The notes under the pieces are model-generated. The model did no database searches and had not been told where the DNA came from. It was given only the letters and a program-made list of their open reading frames with translations. Made by a program: the position numbers and the translations under genes. From Macrostomum lignano (taxonomy: Eukaryota): DNA of 64,000 nucleotides. The stretch covers positions 62,001-126,000 of the forward strand of contig NIVC01001978.1 in NCBI GenBank assembly GCA_002269645.1, given 5' to 3'. Shown here piece by piece: positions 50,309 to 59,900 of the stretch. Positions within the stretch are counted from its first letter, which is position 1. Each line of letters opens with the position of its first letter.

Positions 50309-51064
50309 AGCGTTCTGTTTCGTATTTTTTTAGTCGAGACAAGTTCTACAGCACTAAGTCATTATCGCATTGGAGAAGGCTAACACAGTTTTCTTGTCTT
50401 TCACCGCAGCTCTGAATTGCGTGTGTCCACCGCTTTGCTTCTATTTATTTAATTTAGCAGGGAGCAGCAATTATCAGTTATATATAGTCCTCGCTCCCTC
50501 TCTCTCTCCCATCTGAGATTGTGTTTCCTGTAGGCTGTAAACGAAGCACTCTTTCACTGTATAGTGGCAACCGTTTCCTTTGAATATAGTCGTCCTACAC
50601 TCACTCTACAGCCCTGTCTCGCTCTCTGTGCCCCAGCATCCATGCAGTTACGCTCTGGTATATAAACCCCTCTTGACTGTCCGCTCTGCCGGCCTGTCTC
50701 TCTTGGCCCTTCTCTGTTCTCGTCGCTTCATTTACCTCTAACCTTACCCAAAGCCCATATTCACGGGCCAGACCAAGAACGCATTATTTCGACTGGCGTT
50801 CGTTGTTGTTTTTAATTGCCAAGACCAAAAGCCCCAGAGGCCGCGCCAGGAGAGCAGAGCACGTATCCCTCACTCCACTCGCTAGAGCCAATGGCGACAA
50901 GTTGAAAAGAGCAAGTCAAGCACAAATAAAAACAATATGCGTATACTTTACTTTGAAGTAGTATATCTTGCGATTCAGTTGTAATTTAGGATATAAAGCT
51001 TGCTCGCGTACCCCGGGTTCCACTGCTCTTTCGTTCCAACTGTTTTTTATCCCCTTCATCTCCA

Positions 51065-51371
51065 ACCCTTCCTCAGTCCTTCATTCGCTCTGATCTCCGA
51101 CCTTAATTCCTCCTTCATTCACTCTGATCTCCGCCTCTAATTCTTCCCTCATTCACTCTGATCTCCGCCTCTAATTCTTCCCTCATTCACTCTGATCTCC
51201 GCCTCTAATTCTTCCCTCATTCACTCTGATCTCCGACCTTAATTCCTCCTTCATTCGCTCTGATCTCCGACCTTAATTCCTCTCTCATTCACTCTGATCT
51301 CCGCCTCTAATTCTTCCCTCATTCACTCCGATCTCCGCCCCTTTCTCCTTCATTCACTCTGATCTCCGCCC
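51065..51371. repeat. 34-bp tandem repeat (CATTCACTCTGATCTCCGCCTCTAATTCTTCCCT) abutting the Maverick terminus
   Basis: About 9 copies. Confidence 0.9.
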
Positions 51372-51900
51372 AGTAGTAGGAAAGTGGTACCCTCTACCGC
51401 CATCGCACGGGATTGGCCGGGGCACCCGGCCAATGAGGGGAGAGGGCCCCCAAAGACGCCTACCCCGACCCCAGACCCACCACCGCCACGCACCCACCCC
51501 CGACCCCAGACCCAACACCGCCACGCACCACCCCCGACCCAAACCGGGCCCCCAAAGATGCCCACCCCGACCCCAAACCGGGCCCGCCAAAGACGCCCAC
51601 CCCGACTCCAAACCAACCACCGCCGCACCTACCTCCGACCCCAAACCGGGCCCCCCAAAGATGCCCACCCTGACCTCAAACCGGGCCCCCTCCTGTCCTG
51701 CACCCCATCCCATACCAAGGCCCTTTACTGTCCTGCACCCCATCCCATACCAAGGCCCCCTCCTATCCTGCGCCTTGCTCCATCCCATATAGCAAGGTCC
51801 TTCTATCCTGTACTCTAACCAAAACCAATTCCCCCCTCCTAATTCCTAAACCCAGTCTTATTACCTGTCTCACTTACCGCCTTTAAAGCTAGCCAAGGCA
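51372..51900. repeat. Candidate left terminal inverted repeat of the Maverick (GC-rich, internal CCCCGACCCCAAACC repeats)
   Basis: Starts with AGTAGT, the typical Polinton end, exactly where the 34-bp array stops. Partner TIR is not in the window, so the inner boundary is approximate. Confidence 0.55.
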
Positions 51901-52043
51901 AAACCCTCATTCCATGCTTTGGTTGTACTCTATCTTGCTGTGGCGGGTACAGCGTGAGGTCTTTAGATCTAGAACGCTAGAACGCCGCAAGAAGGTCCCG
52001 CCACCTCCTGTTACGTTGATGGCTGAGACTTTGTTAAGGCCTG

Positions 52044-52270
52044 AGTTCCTGCGAAAGGGCTGCTGTGTGGGGGTTGGATTCGGGGTTCGGATTGGTTATT
52101 GCTATGGAGCGCGAGCTGGTTTCTAAATGGCTGAGTGGTCCCCGGAAGGGCTCTTGATTTGCCAATAGTTCCTGCCAGAGGGCTGTTGTGTGGGGTTGGA
52201 TTCGGGGTTCGGATTGGTTATTGCTATGGAGCAAGAGCTGGTGTTACTTACCAACTCCCGTCGTATATAA
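52044..52270 (+). promoter_or_regulatory. Duplicated ~77-bp element with CCAAT (ATTGG) boxes followed by TATATAA
   Basis: Repeats at 52044-52120 and 52167-52242; TATATAA at 52264-52270, upstream of the plus-strand ORF. Confidence 0.5.
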
Positions 52271-52319
52271 TCTCGCGCACAGCCGGAAGGAAAGCTCACA
52301 GTTTTTGACAGTGAACAAA

Positions 52320-53020
52320 ATGAACTTCAAGACATTATCGAACAGATTTCGAATCGGCGTCAGGTCGCACTCGAAGTGCATCAGCATCAAAAAGTGGTAA
52401 AAATTTGCCGAAGAGTATCGACCAGGTCTGCCTGGCATGGAGCTCACCATCCACCAGTTTTGCCACTTGGGCAGCCTGAAGGAACGACTGGAAGAGTTTG
52501 CAAGAAAGTGTATCGATGCGCAATGCCTTCTGGGCGGCAACAGGCAAGTGGTTGTGCAAAATGGCGTAATCACACTCTGGCGCCTTCCAACTGTACTCGG
52601 ACCGCCGGTGCACCTAAGGCAACTAACGCCTTACCGCTTCCTACAACACTTTGGCGCGAAGTCTCGGCTCAAAAGCAATGGGTCCTAGACAAAATTGACA
52701 AGCGAGAGCCTCCGGTCGAGCCACCGATCGGCAATCCATGGTGGATGGGATACCACCCTACGGAGCCTGAAGAGTGTGCAGCATGGGCAGCAAGGCTTAC
52801 ACTCGACCAACTGATGCAAGTACCTGACAGGCAGCCGGCAGAGTGGGACCACCACTGGGAGGCCTTCCAGGTAGTTCAGGCTGAATTTAGAAAGAGATTT
52901 ACATTCGAAACTCTGGAAGAGCCACCAACAGCTGAGAAGAACCAACAGCCTTCATTCCACCAGCCACCAATGAAGCGACGCGCAATGCATGAAGCGACAA
53001 CTGGTCATTTCGTCAATTAA
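52320..53020 (+). CDS. Maverick accessory ORF of unknown function (interrupted; start uncertain)
   Basis: Overlapping ORFs 52376-53020 and 52437-52688 can be joined through the A-run at 52399-52403; Trp-rich C-terminus; AATAAA at ~53252. Confidence 0.4.
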
Positions 53021-53443
53021 CTTTTTTTAATATAGTTTTGAACCATAATACTGATCATGCACTGTTGTATATATTGCTTTGTCAATACTGGCCATAATAT
53101 TGCCCCATCATGCTTTGATTCCTGGCGATAATTCTGTTTTTGTAAATTACGCGACGGGCCTTAATACTGCCCTTCCATTCTTCGTAAACTTTTTTGTGCT
53201 AAAACGAGCTTTAAACATGTAATTTTATGCTTTGCAATCCATGGACCTGCCAATAAAATAAACAAAACAAAAAACATTTCATTTTCGTAAGCATTGTTGC
53301 ACAAACACTATAGTCGCATTCGCGTTTATTTTTTCTTATCTTTTGTACACAAAAAATACAGAAGTAAAGTTACAGCAAAAATATTATTATTATTACTCAG
53401 TGCATAGGCAGATCTCACTACTACTGTTATGCCGTAGAGGAGC

Positions 53444-54040
53444 TCAATCAGAGTCCAGCAAAGTAGGTTCGGATGCTTGGTCTGCATGCAAAATGCGGGA
53501 GAGGGCATCAGCTGCAGTCTGAGCCTCAACGACGCTGCGAGCGCCAGCTATTATACAACGATACGAATGAAACAAAATCAACTTTACAGAGGCATTAAAC
53601 TTGAGCACAAGTCCGTTAAACATTTCCGGCTCGTAGGTGGCCCGATGCGGCCATTTAGACTTGACTTCCCCCAACCGGAGTAGATGCCGACCCGCGAAAA
53701 AGGCCGTCACAGAGGTAATAGTCTTGATGCGAATCTGGGGCAGACTGGTCAATCGCAAGAAGTCCTGGTCAATCGCAATATTCTCCGTCTCTGCGAGAGC
53801 TTCCTCCATGCTTTTGGCTCCATAGACAGACACTTGTCCGGTCGGATACACCAGCGCGGTTACTCGATGCTGCCCGCTCTTCATCACCACTGCCAGTGTT
53901 CGAGGATGAACCAGGCGATGGCGGATTGTGTGATACTGAGGCAGATGAAGAGTCAGGAAATTCGATAGTTGAGGCAGACCCACCCGGGTCGCCAGGTCGG
54001 CTCCTGTCACGATGTTTGTCACGCAAATTGTTGCGACCAT
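53444..54040 (-). CDS. TBP: Element-encoded divergent TATA-binding protein (TBP-fold) homologue, 198 aa
   Basis: Two TBP repeats: VTNIVTGADL...HPRTLAVVM..RVTALVYPTGQVSVYGAKSMEEA and YEPEMFNGLVLK..VKLILFHSYRCIIAGARS..EA..A. Intronless; minus-strand AATAAA at ~53325. Confidence 0.85.
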   Translation of the reverse strand: MVATICVTNIVTGADLATRVGLPQLSNFLTLHLPQYHTIRHRLVHPRTLAVVMKSGQHRVTALVYPTGQVSVYGAKSMEEALAETENIAIDQDFLRLTSLPQIRIKTITSVTAFFAGRHLLRLGEVKSKWPHRATYEPEMFNGLVLKFNASVKLILFHSYRCIIAGARSVVEAQTAADALSRILHADQASEPTLLDSD

Positions 54041-54042
54041 CT

Positions 54043-54533
54043 TTAGACAATCGAGAGAAACGCCAGTGCCTGCTGCAGATCGCTACTTTTATAGACCCGT
54101 AGCCGCGAGGCCGCAGCCAATCAGCGTACAGCGCCACCTTGGCCAGGGCGCAGGGTAGCACGTACTTCGAGGCACTCGGAAAGGCCAGGTGTGCGAGGTC
54201 GTAGACAGGCTGTAGCAGCAGACGCGACAGGAACTGGCACTTGACATCCCCCTTGCTGAATATCGGGCCTTGCAAGTGGGAGATATCGCTCCAGAGACAA
54301 GAGTAGGGTCGGAACCCACTCCTGTCCCAGTCTAGACCGTGCCGCTTATTGGTGAGCCAGTAGCAGGTTCGTCGCTGTCCTCGATCAAAGAGCTCAAAGC
54401 TGTGCGGCGGCTGGTAGCAATAGTAATGAGCCGTCGTTTGACCGCATGCAAACTCAACCCATGCAATTTCCTTAATCACAAAGTCCTCTGTTTTGTAGAG
54501 GTGCGGAAATCCTTCAAAATCAATGACAATCAT
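54043..54533 (-). CDS. DEDD/DnaQ-like exonuclease-fold accessory protein
   Basis: IDFEGF...FVIKEIAW...HYYCYQPP...TCYWLT...HGLDWD..G...KCQFL...CA; ATG at 54533. Restoring one A at 54087-54090 gives a natural stop at 54045-54043 instead of the 53769 end in the ORF track. Confidence 0.55.
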
Positions 54534-55126
54534 CTTGGCCACTTGATCCACTTGCCGTATCCTTTCTGAGACTGAGTCTTCTTATAGCCTTGCAGTCGAG
54601 GTTTTTTAGGACTGGACTTTTCTTCCCGAGGCTTTTCCAGCAATTTTGTAGTGTTCAGACCAACTGCAGACAGAGGCACGTGGTTTTCTTGAAGACACGT
54701 AACAAACTCATTAATCCCATTCGGTGGCTGAAGGTACTTAGAGTACGTATCTTTAACTATGAAATGCAGCAGGTCCACGATATTTGAGTTGTACAACGGT
54801 TTACCATTGACAGAAACTTCATACGTATCATCTATGCTAATCGACTTGCACTTTACGGTTATGAAGCTAATCAATGCCTGCAGACGATGATGCCATTTCT
54901 GATTCACCGTCAGATATAAAACCTCCTTCCACTGCGGTTCTTTGTGAATTACTGGAGGCTGTTCTTGGGTCGCACTTGCCTGCAGCTGCTGCACGCAACG
55001 CTCGTCCCTAATCTTGCGCAACTGTTTTTCCGCCTCTAGCTCGGGTTCACAGACTGTCTCCATGCCCCTCTGATTCACAAGTGCCTCATACTGCAACCGG
55101 GGTACCAGTATCATTTCCTTGTACAT
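54530..55126 (-). CDS. Conserved Maverick hypothetical protein
   Basis: MILVP..YE.L...; NSNIVDLL; PNGINEF...L.ENHVPLSAVG; terminal WIKW. These motifs are typical of Polinton unknown ORFs. Confidence 0.65.
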   Translation of the reverse strand: MYKEMILVPRLQYEALVNQRGMETVCEPELEAEKQLRKIRDERCVQQLQASATQEQPPVIHKEPQWKEVLYLTVNQKWHHRLQALISFITVKCKSISIDDTYEVSVNGKPLYNSNIVDLLHFIVKDTYSKYLQPPNGINEFVTCLQENHVPLSAVGLNTTKLLEKPREEKSSPKKPRLQGYKKTQSQKGYGKWIKWPR

Positions 55127-55418
55127 GTCTTTTTATACAGGTGAGAATCAGAGGAAGACAACGAAGGATATGCGGGTGTGAGAGATTGCGCCGAGCCTCT
55201 TTCACACTTTTGCTTTGTGCAACAAGCCGGAGAGTATTTCGATATCGCCTGAGTCTCCGCTTCAAGCTATCTTCACAACAAACTTTTCCTGCTAGTAGAT
55301 TTATAATACACTCAACCAAAAAGCAAATGGTGCTTTTATTTGCATAGGTAAGTATGCAGCGACGCAAGGATATAGTGCCCTCACAAAAGACAGTTATTAG
55401 TGCAATGTGTTTATCCAT
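55086..55418 (-). CDS. Conserved small basic Maverick protein
   Basis: CFLVECIINLLAGKV...KRRLRRYRNTLRLVA...K.ARR.L, the ECxxNxLxGxV family seen beside Polinton ATPases. Confidence 0.65.
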   Translation of the reverse strand: MDKHIALITVFCEGTISLRRCILTYANKSTICFLVECIINLLAGKVCCEDSLKRRLRRYRNTLRLVAQSKSVKEARRNLSHPHILRCLPLILTCIKRHVQGNDTGTPVAV

Positions 55419-55448
55419 GTTTAACTCAGTGCAGATACTGAGCCATTC

Positions 55449-56104
55449 TTATAGATAAACTCGCTGCGGGGCCTCATCGGGGAGAAAATTGGCTCTCAGG
55501 CGCAGTTCATGGGGCGAAGCGGGGTGAAAATCAAGCAGCAGATAGCGCTGATCTCCATCTCGCACCAATCGATCCATCAGTTCTACTAGCAGAGTGCGCC
55601 GTTTGGGAAAGCATTGCTGACTTAAAGCTTGGACCGCAGAGGCGTCTCTGGGGTTGAACAACACAATGTAGGTGCAATTTATGCTAATTGTGCGCCACTC
55701 TCTGCCTTTGAAAAATAGATTTTGCGTGATGAGAATGACAAAGCAGGGCTTGTGGTGGGCCTCACGGGTGAACAGATGTCGTAGCTCTCGACTTGCAGCT
55801 GCTTCATCCAGTAAATCGTCAATCACAATCAGGTCATGGGGCTGCAGATCCAAATTCGATAATCCTTCACATACTTGCACTCCTAGCCGCCGCAGAGTCG
55901 CGTGGAGTTCCGGCTGCGGGCATCCGTGATACCAAATCATCCGCTTGGGAGGTTGGTCGAACAGAAGCAGTCGTTGGGACAGCAACCGCAAACAGAATGT
56001 TGATTTTCCCGCTCGAGAAGGGCCGAAACCATCATGCAGCCTCCCATCCGCAGTCTGGAATCAAACACCTTGCAACTGATTTTTGAGTCTGAGTATGATT
56101 GCAT
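55449..56104 (-). CDS. FtsK/A32-like DNA packaging ATPase (1-bp frameshift at 56023-56024)
   Basis: VFDSRL..CMMVS(G)PSRAGKST Walker A after restoring one G; LIVIDDL Walker B; LFTREAHH..VILITQNLF; RTISINC.YIVLFNPRD. Confidence 0.9.
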
Positions 56105-56534
56105 CGTTTTGAGCCACAGCTGCCGGGTGCAAAACCTTGATGAACAAGGCATTATATGACATTCTCTTATGTAGTCGATGGATCAAGTAAAAAATGCAAT
56201 ACCAGCCGCATAGAGTTGACGAACTGGGCTGAACAGGGACCGTATTCCATTGCAGCACCATCCGCGTCGGTTTAGTTTTCTTTAACCAGCTCTTCATATT
56301 TTTACTCAAGCCTCCCAAAGAGTTGAAAATTTCACAATGCACTTTACTTGTTACTACTCCAGCAATCCAGTGACCGCACTCATCATTCCATGGCTCATAC
56401 AAAATGAAACAGCAGGGTCGGCAGGTTGAATCGAAAAATGGTGTCACTGTTCCAACTGTAAAAATTCCGCAATAGGCATCCCACACAGCTGTGGGGCAGC
56501 GAGAAATGAACGCTTCCAACTCTTCGGAATTCAT
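56061..56534 (-). CDS. Adenain-like cysteine (maturation) protease
   Basis: GHWIA (His), EIFNSLG (FDSxG-like), VQPSSSTLCGWYCIFYL (Gln/Cys). Confidence 0.9.
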   Translation of the reverse strand: MNSEELEAFISRCPTAVWDAYCGIFTVGTVTPFFDSTCRPCCFILYEPWNDECGHWIAGVVTSKVHCEIFNSLGGLSKNMKSWLKKTKPTRMVLQWNTVPVQPSSSTLCGWYCIFYLIHRLHKRMSYNALFIKVLHPAAVAQNDAIILRLKNQLQGV

Positions 56535-57801
56535 GCTCTGCGATAATCCAGCAGCACATCCCTCTCTTTAGTGATTTCCATGCATGAATCATACACGCAC
56601 AAGCAGATGAGTGTGACTGGCTGTGCGAGAGCGTTGGAAAAGCGAATATCCAGTCGTAGTTGACCCTGCCTATGACCAAACCAGCTGCCTACTTCATCGC
56701 CACTTGGACTAAGGTCAAACGCAAGCAGATAGGCACTATCTCGATATTCATCAAAGCTCATGCAATAGTTTCCACCGAGACTGCGGGCAAACTGCAAAAA
56801 TTCGGATGAGTGCTGCTGCTGTGGTTCTATGGGCTGCCCAGTAATTGGCTCTCCATTGACAAACAGGCTTAAACTATTCAATCCAAATGCTTGGAACCAA
56901 AACGGGTTGTGGTGCAGAGATCCATTGAAAGCTGTCTGGCTGACCATTCCAAGGAGCACAAATTTTGGCAGCTGACCATGCGTGATTGAATCGAGACTCT
57001 TGTTTCTTGTCCCAACAGAAAATGTGAATGTCTGAAGCTCTCTTCTATCAAAGTGGTAGAGAGCATTACGCTGTGAGAGCCCCTGTTCATGTGCGAGAGC
57101 CACTGTTGGGTTTACTCGGAGACGCCTCAAAAGCAGAATAGCATTGTCGACTTCAATACGATATTGAACTCCATTATTGGGTACCATCAACGAAAAGCGC
57201 TGCAATGCCGGGTCAATTTGACCTGCAGGCTGATTTGGTTTAGCAGATACTGCCGGATTGAGAAAATGTCTGAAAACAACGGGCCGGCATATTGCACAAC
57301 AGCAGAAGCTTCATGCAATCTCGCACGATTTGTGAATCCATGATTTTGCTCCCCAATGGTGTCACTCTCTCCAGCGGTGTCTGGATAATAACCTGCGGCC
57401 GCCAGTTCTTGAAGCTGGTTGGCATTGCTGCTGGTCAGCACTTGAAGCATTGCTCGATATGGGTAGAGCTGGTCCCCACCACTCACAACCCGCTGGTTGA
57501 GTTTTACAGTGACATCACGAAACAGGCTGGCAAGCGGGAGATTCGATAGTCCGACATGGGCATCATCTTCATTAGTCAGCTCTGCATTGTTTATCACACG
57601 AGTTATCCGGCAAGTGACTTGCAGCACTGTGGCGTGCAGATCGGTGTAGTCCTCAGAGGAGGCATGGCAGTCGAATTCAATCGGTGCATCAGGAGTCGTG
57701 AGACTGCCGATGGGATGAAAGTCCATGAAGTGAGACCTATCCACTCCAATTTCATGCGTCATTGGCTCAAACAGGTTGAGCCGTGGATTTGTCCGATACA
57801 T
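56531..57801 (-). CDS. Major capsid protein (double jelly-roll type); 1-bp frameshift at 57193-57196
   Basis: LNLFEPMT..HPIGSLT..APIEF..DYTDL..T.L.V..RI; LASLFRDVTV.LN; YPYRA; GQLP..VLLGMV..AFNGS...NPF.F; L.AFDLS; G.LRL.IRF...L. Confidence 0.88.
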
Positions 57802-58070
57802 TATGAGAGTGAATCGAGCACTCGGTTGACTGTTTTTAACGGTATCTTGCGCTTTTTTGTGGGCACTGGCTTGCTCTTCTTTGGTTTGATTTTTGGCGTC
57901 TTCTTTTGTTTTCTTTTTTTCTGCGATGGAGGTGGTATGCGGGAAAGGAGAACTGCATTTTCATGAGTCTCAGGGGGCAGTCGAGATAGCAGCGATGTGG
58001 GATATCCGTGTCCATGAGGAAGTTTGAAGCAACTTCCTCGATAAAACTCGGTCACTTGTCGAATGTCCAT
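57801..58070 (-). CDS. Small Lys-rich protein, candidate virion core/DNA-condensing protein
   Basis: FYRG...GHG..S.L..L N-terminus; QKKRKQKKTPKIKPKKSKPVPTKKRK basic tract. Confidence 0.55.
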   Translation of the reverse strand: MDIRQVTEFYRGSCFKLPHGHGYPTSLLSRLPPETHENAVLLSRIPPPSQKKRKQKKTPKIKPKKSKPVPTKKRKIPLKTVNRVLDSLS

Positions 58071-58834
58071 GACTCACGCAGCTCAAAAGTCAAGACTGTG
58101 GGCCCAAAGAGTAATCGAATGGATTCGATGCAGTTGATCGGTCGTAGCCGTATTTGCATGTGTGTTAAGCGGTGGTTTGCTGCTATTGGGAAGAATAGCT
58201 TATTCTTATAGATGAGTTCCGACCGGTGACCCTGCAAAAGACCACCAATATTCAAAGTCTGCAGTGCTGGAGTAAACTGATTTCCAATACAGCGCGGGCT
58301 AATCTGATCGCACTCAACAAGCAGCAAATCTGTATTCCAGGCCGGGTTCATGCCAGGTCGTTCAAAGCAACCTGCCTGCTCGCTATAGGTTGTCTGCGCA
58401 GCACCAAAAATTTTCCCCAGCTGGCTGTTTTCTGGAAAGATAAATCTCCCACAGATCCCAGCCATTTGATAGTATACATGATGGCTAACTGAATCAAGGG
58501 TAAATTTAATTAGATGCACATTTATAGGTGTTTCGCCAATTCCAGACTCATCAAAATCTTTCACAATCAGTAGGGTATTTACTGCATCAATCAGCTCATT
58601 CAAGTCATTGTAGCGCCCTGCTGGAATTTCAGCACATTGCATTGAACCCTCAAGCTGATAATATAGCGACAATGGATGAGGGATGGTGTAGATGCAGTTG
58701 ATAAAACTGATTCCAAGCAGAGCCAACTCATAATCCAAAGCAGAATCCAGCAGCACAGGATGCAGCAGCTCAGCAGTAAAGTTGGCCGGGTCATCATCGG
58801 GGCCGGACATTACCTGAAATCTTTGCCTTTTCAT
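58052..58834 (-). CDS. Minor capsid (penton-like) protein
   Basis: ANFTAELLHPVLL..DYELALLGISF; IPAGRYN.L.ELI..VN; LLVECDQI; position between integrase and MCP. Confidence 0.75.
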   Translation of the reverse strand: MKRQRFQVMSGPDDDPANFTAELLHPVLLDSALDYELALLGISFINCIYTIPHPLSLYYQLEGSMQCAEIPAGRYNDLNELIDAVNTLLIVKDFDESGIGETPINVHLIKFTLDSVSHHVYYQMAGICGRFIFPENSQLGKIFGAAQTTYSEQAGCFERPGMNPAWNTDLLLVECDQISPRCIGNQFTPALQTLNIGGLLQGHRSELIYKNKLFFPIAANHRLTHMQIRLRPINCIESIRLLFGPTVLTFELRESWTFDK

Positions 58835-59805
58835 ATTTTTCTTAAGTCTTTTTCGTCAATCCAACTGGGTTTTTCTGAATCGCGCCACTGAACCAAATAC
58901 CGAATCTTTCCACTCTTCAGCTTCTTAATGTTGAGAACCTTGTCGATGATCCACAGCTTCTTGTTTCCAGTCACTTGCTGCATTTCCGGCTCGTAAAACT
59001 TGCCTTCCAACTCTTCTCCTCGGGCATCGATCAGAGTGTACATGTATGGATAATGCTTGGGGTGGAGGGACTTGACTTCAAATACTTCCTCACTCCATCC
59101 CCTTGTGTATCCCTTGGTGAATGGGTTGGTCGGATTGCGAAGAGAGATTCGCACCATCATTCCTGCCTTGAACTTTGGTCTGGAGACCTTTTCACGAGTC
59201 TCAGGAAGCTTCCCATCGTAGAGCCGGTGCCAAATTTCCATCTCGTTTGACTTGTCGACATCAACTGGTCGGCTTTGAATACTCCGATGAATACTATGGT
59301 TGTAGGCCTTCACTAGGGGCTGAAGCACATCGGTCCAGGTTAATGTTGACTTGTGACGGAAGTACCGCCACATTCGGGATTTCAGTGTGAGGTTCCATCT
59401 CTCAATGACTGCGCATTTCTGGTCACTACTTGATGTGAATGCATGAATTTTGTGGTTTACGCAGAGGGCTCGGAACTGGGTGTTGCAAAACTCTTTTCCG
59501 CGGTCGGTCCGAACTGCTCGTGGGCATCCAGGGTGAGCTCGATTTAGGATCGCTTCGAATCCGGCTGCAACCTCCTCGGCTGTCTTGCGGCGCACCGGCT
59601 GAGCCCAGGCAAACTTGCTGAGCACATCGATGCAGCATAAAATGTATCGCATGCCGCCATTGTACTTGGCGAACGGCAGCATTTCAACCAGGTCCAGTTC
59701 CCACTGGTCATCCATGCCCCGCACCACAATCGGTGCTCGACGAAAGTTTTTGCGTTTATCTCTATGCAGTGTGTAGACATCTTGGTCTTGTAGCCACGTT
59801 TTTAC
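58831..59805 (-). CDS. Maverick rve integrase with C-terminal chromodomain, exon 2
   Basis: VKTWLQDQDVYTLH..RKNF; WELDLVEM; IDVLSKFAW; TDRGKEF; AVIERWNLTLKSRM; YNHSIH..I; KFKAG..VRIS; KGY..GWSEEVF; G.FYE.E.Q; IDKVL..YLVQW..SWI. Confidence 0.93.
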   Translation of the reverse strand, partial: VKTWLQDQDVYTLHRDKRKNFRRAPIVVRGMDDQWELDLVEMLPFAKYNGGMRYILCCIDVLSKFAWAQPVRRKTAEEVAAGFEAILNRAHPGCPRAVRTDRGKEFCNTQFRALCVNHKIHAFTSSSDQKCAVIERWNLTLKSRMWRYFRHKSTLTWTDVLQPLVKAYNHSIHRSIQSRPVDVDKSNEMEIWHRLYDGKLPETREKVSRPKFKAGMMVRISLRNPTNPFTKGYTRGWSEEVFEVKSLHPKHYPYMYTLIDARGEELEGKFYEPEMQQVTGNKKLWIIDKVLNIKKLKSGKIRYLVQWRDSEKPSWIDEKDLRKI

Positions 59806-59900
59806 CTTTAGTGTGAAAACTGGAAATTGCTAGCAACTAAAAACCTAAGCTGGAATTTTCTAGAAAATCATTGGTTTAGGAGTATATCGTATATACATAC

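Noticed and set aside
53444-54040. The TBP-like ORF as the host's own TBP gene
   Set aside because: Too divergent from the highly conserved eukaryotic TBP core, intronless, lacks an N-terminal extension and is embedded in the viral gene block.
53769-54042. Dual-coding overlap of the 260-aa ORF with the TBP gene
   Set aside because: The extension is low-complexity and disappears if one A is restored at 54087-54090, which gives a stop 2 nt before the TBP ATG.
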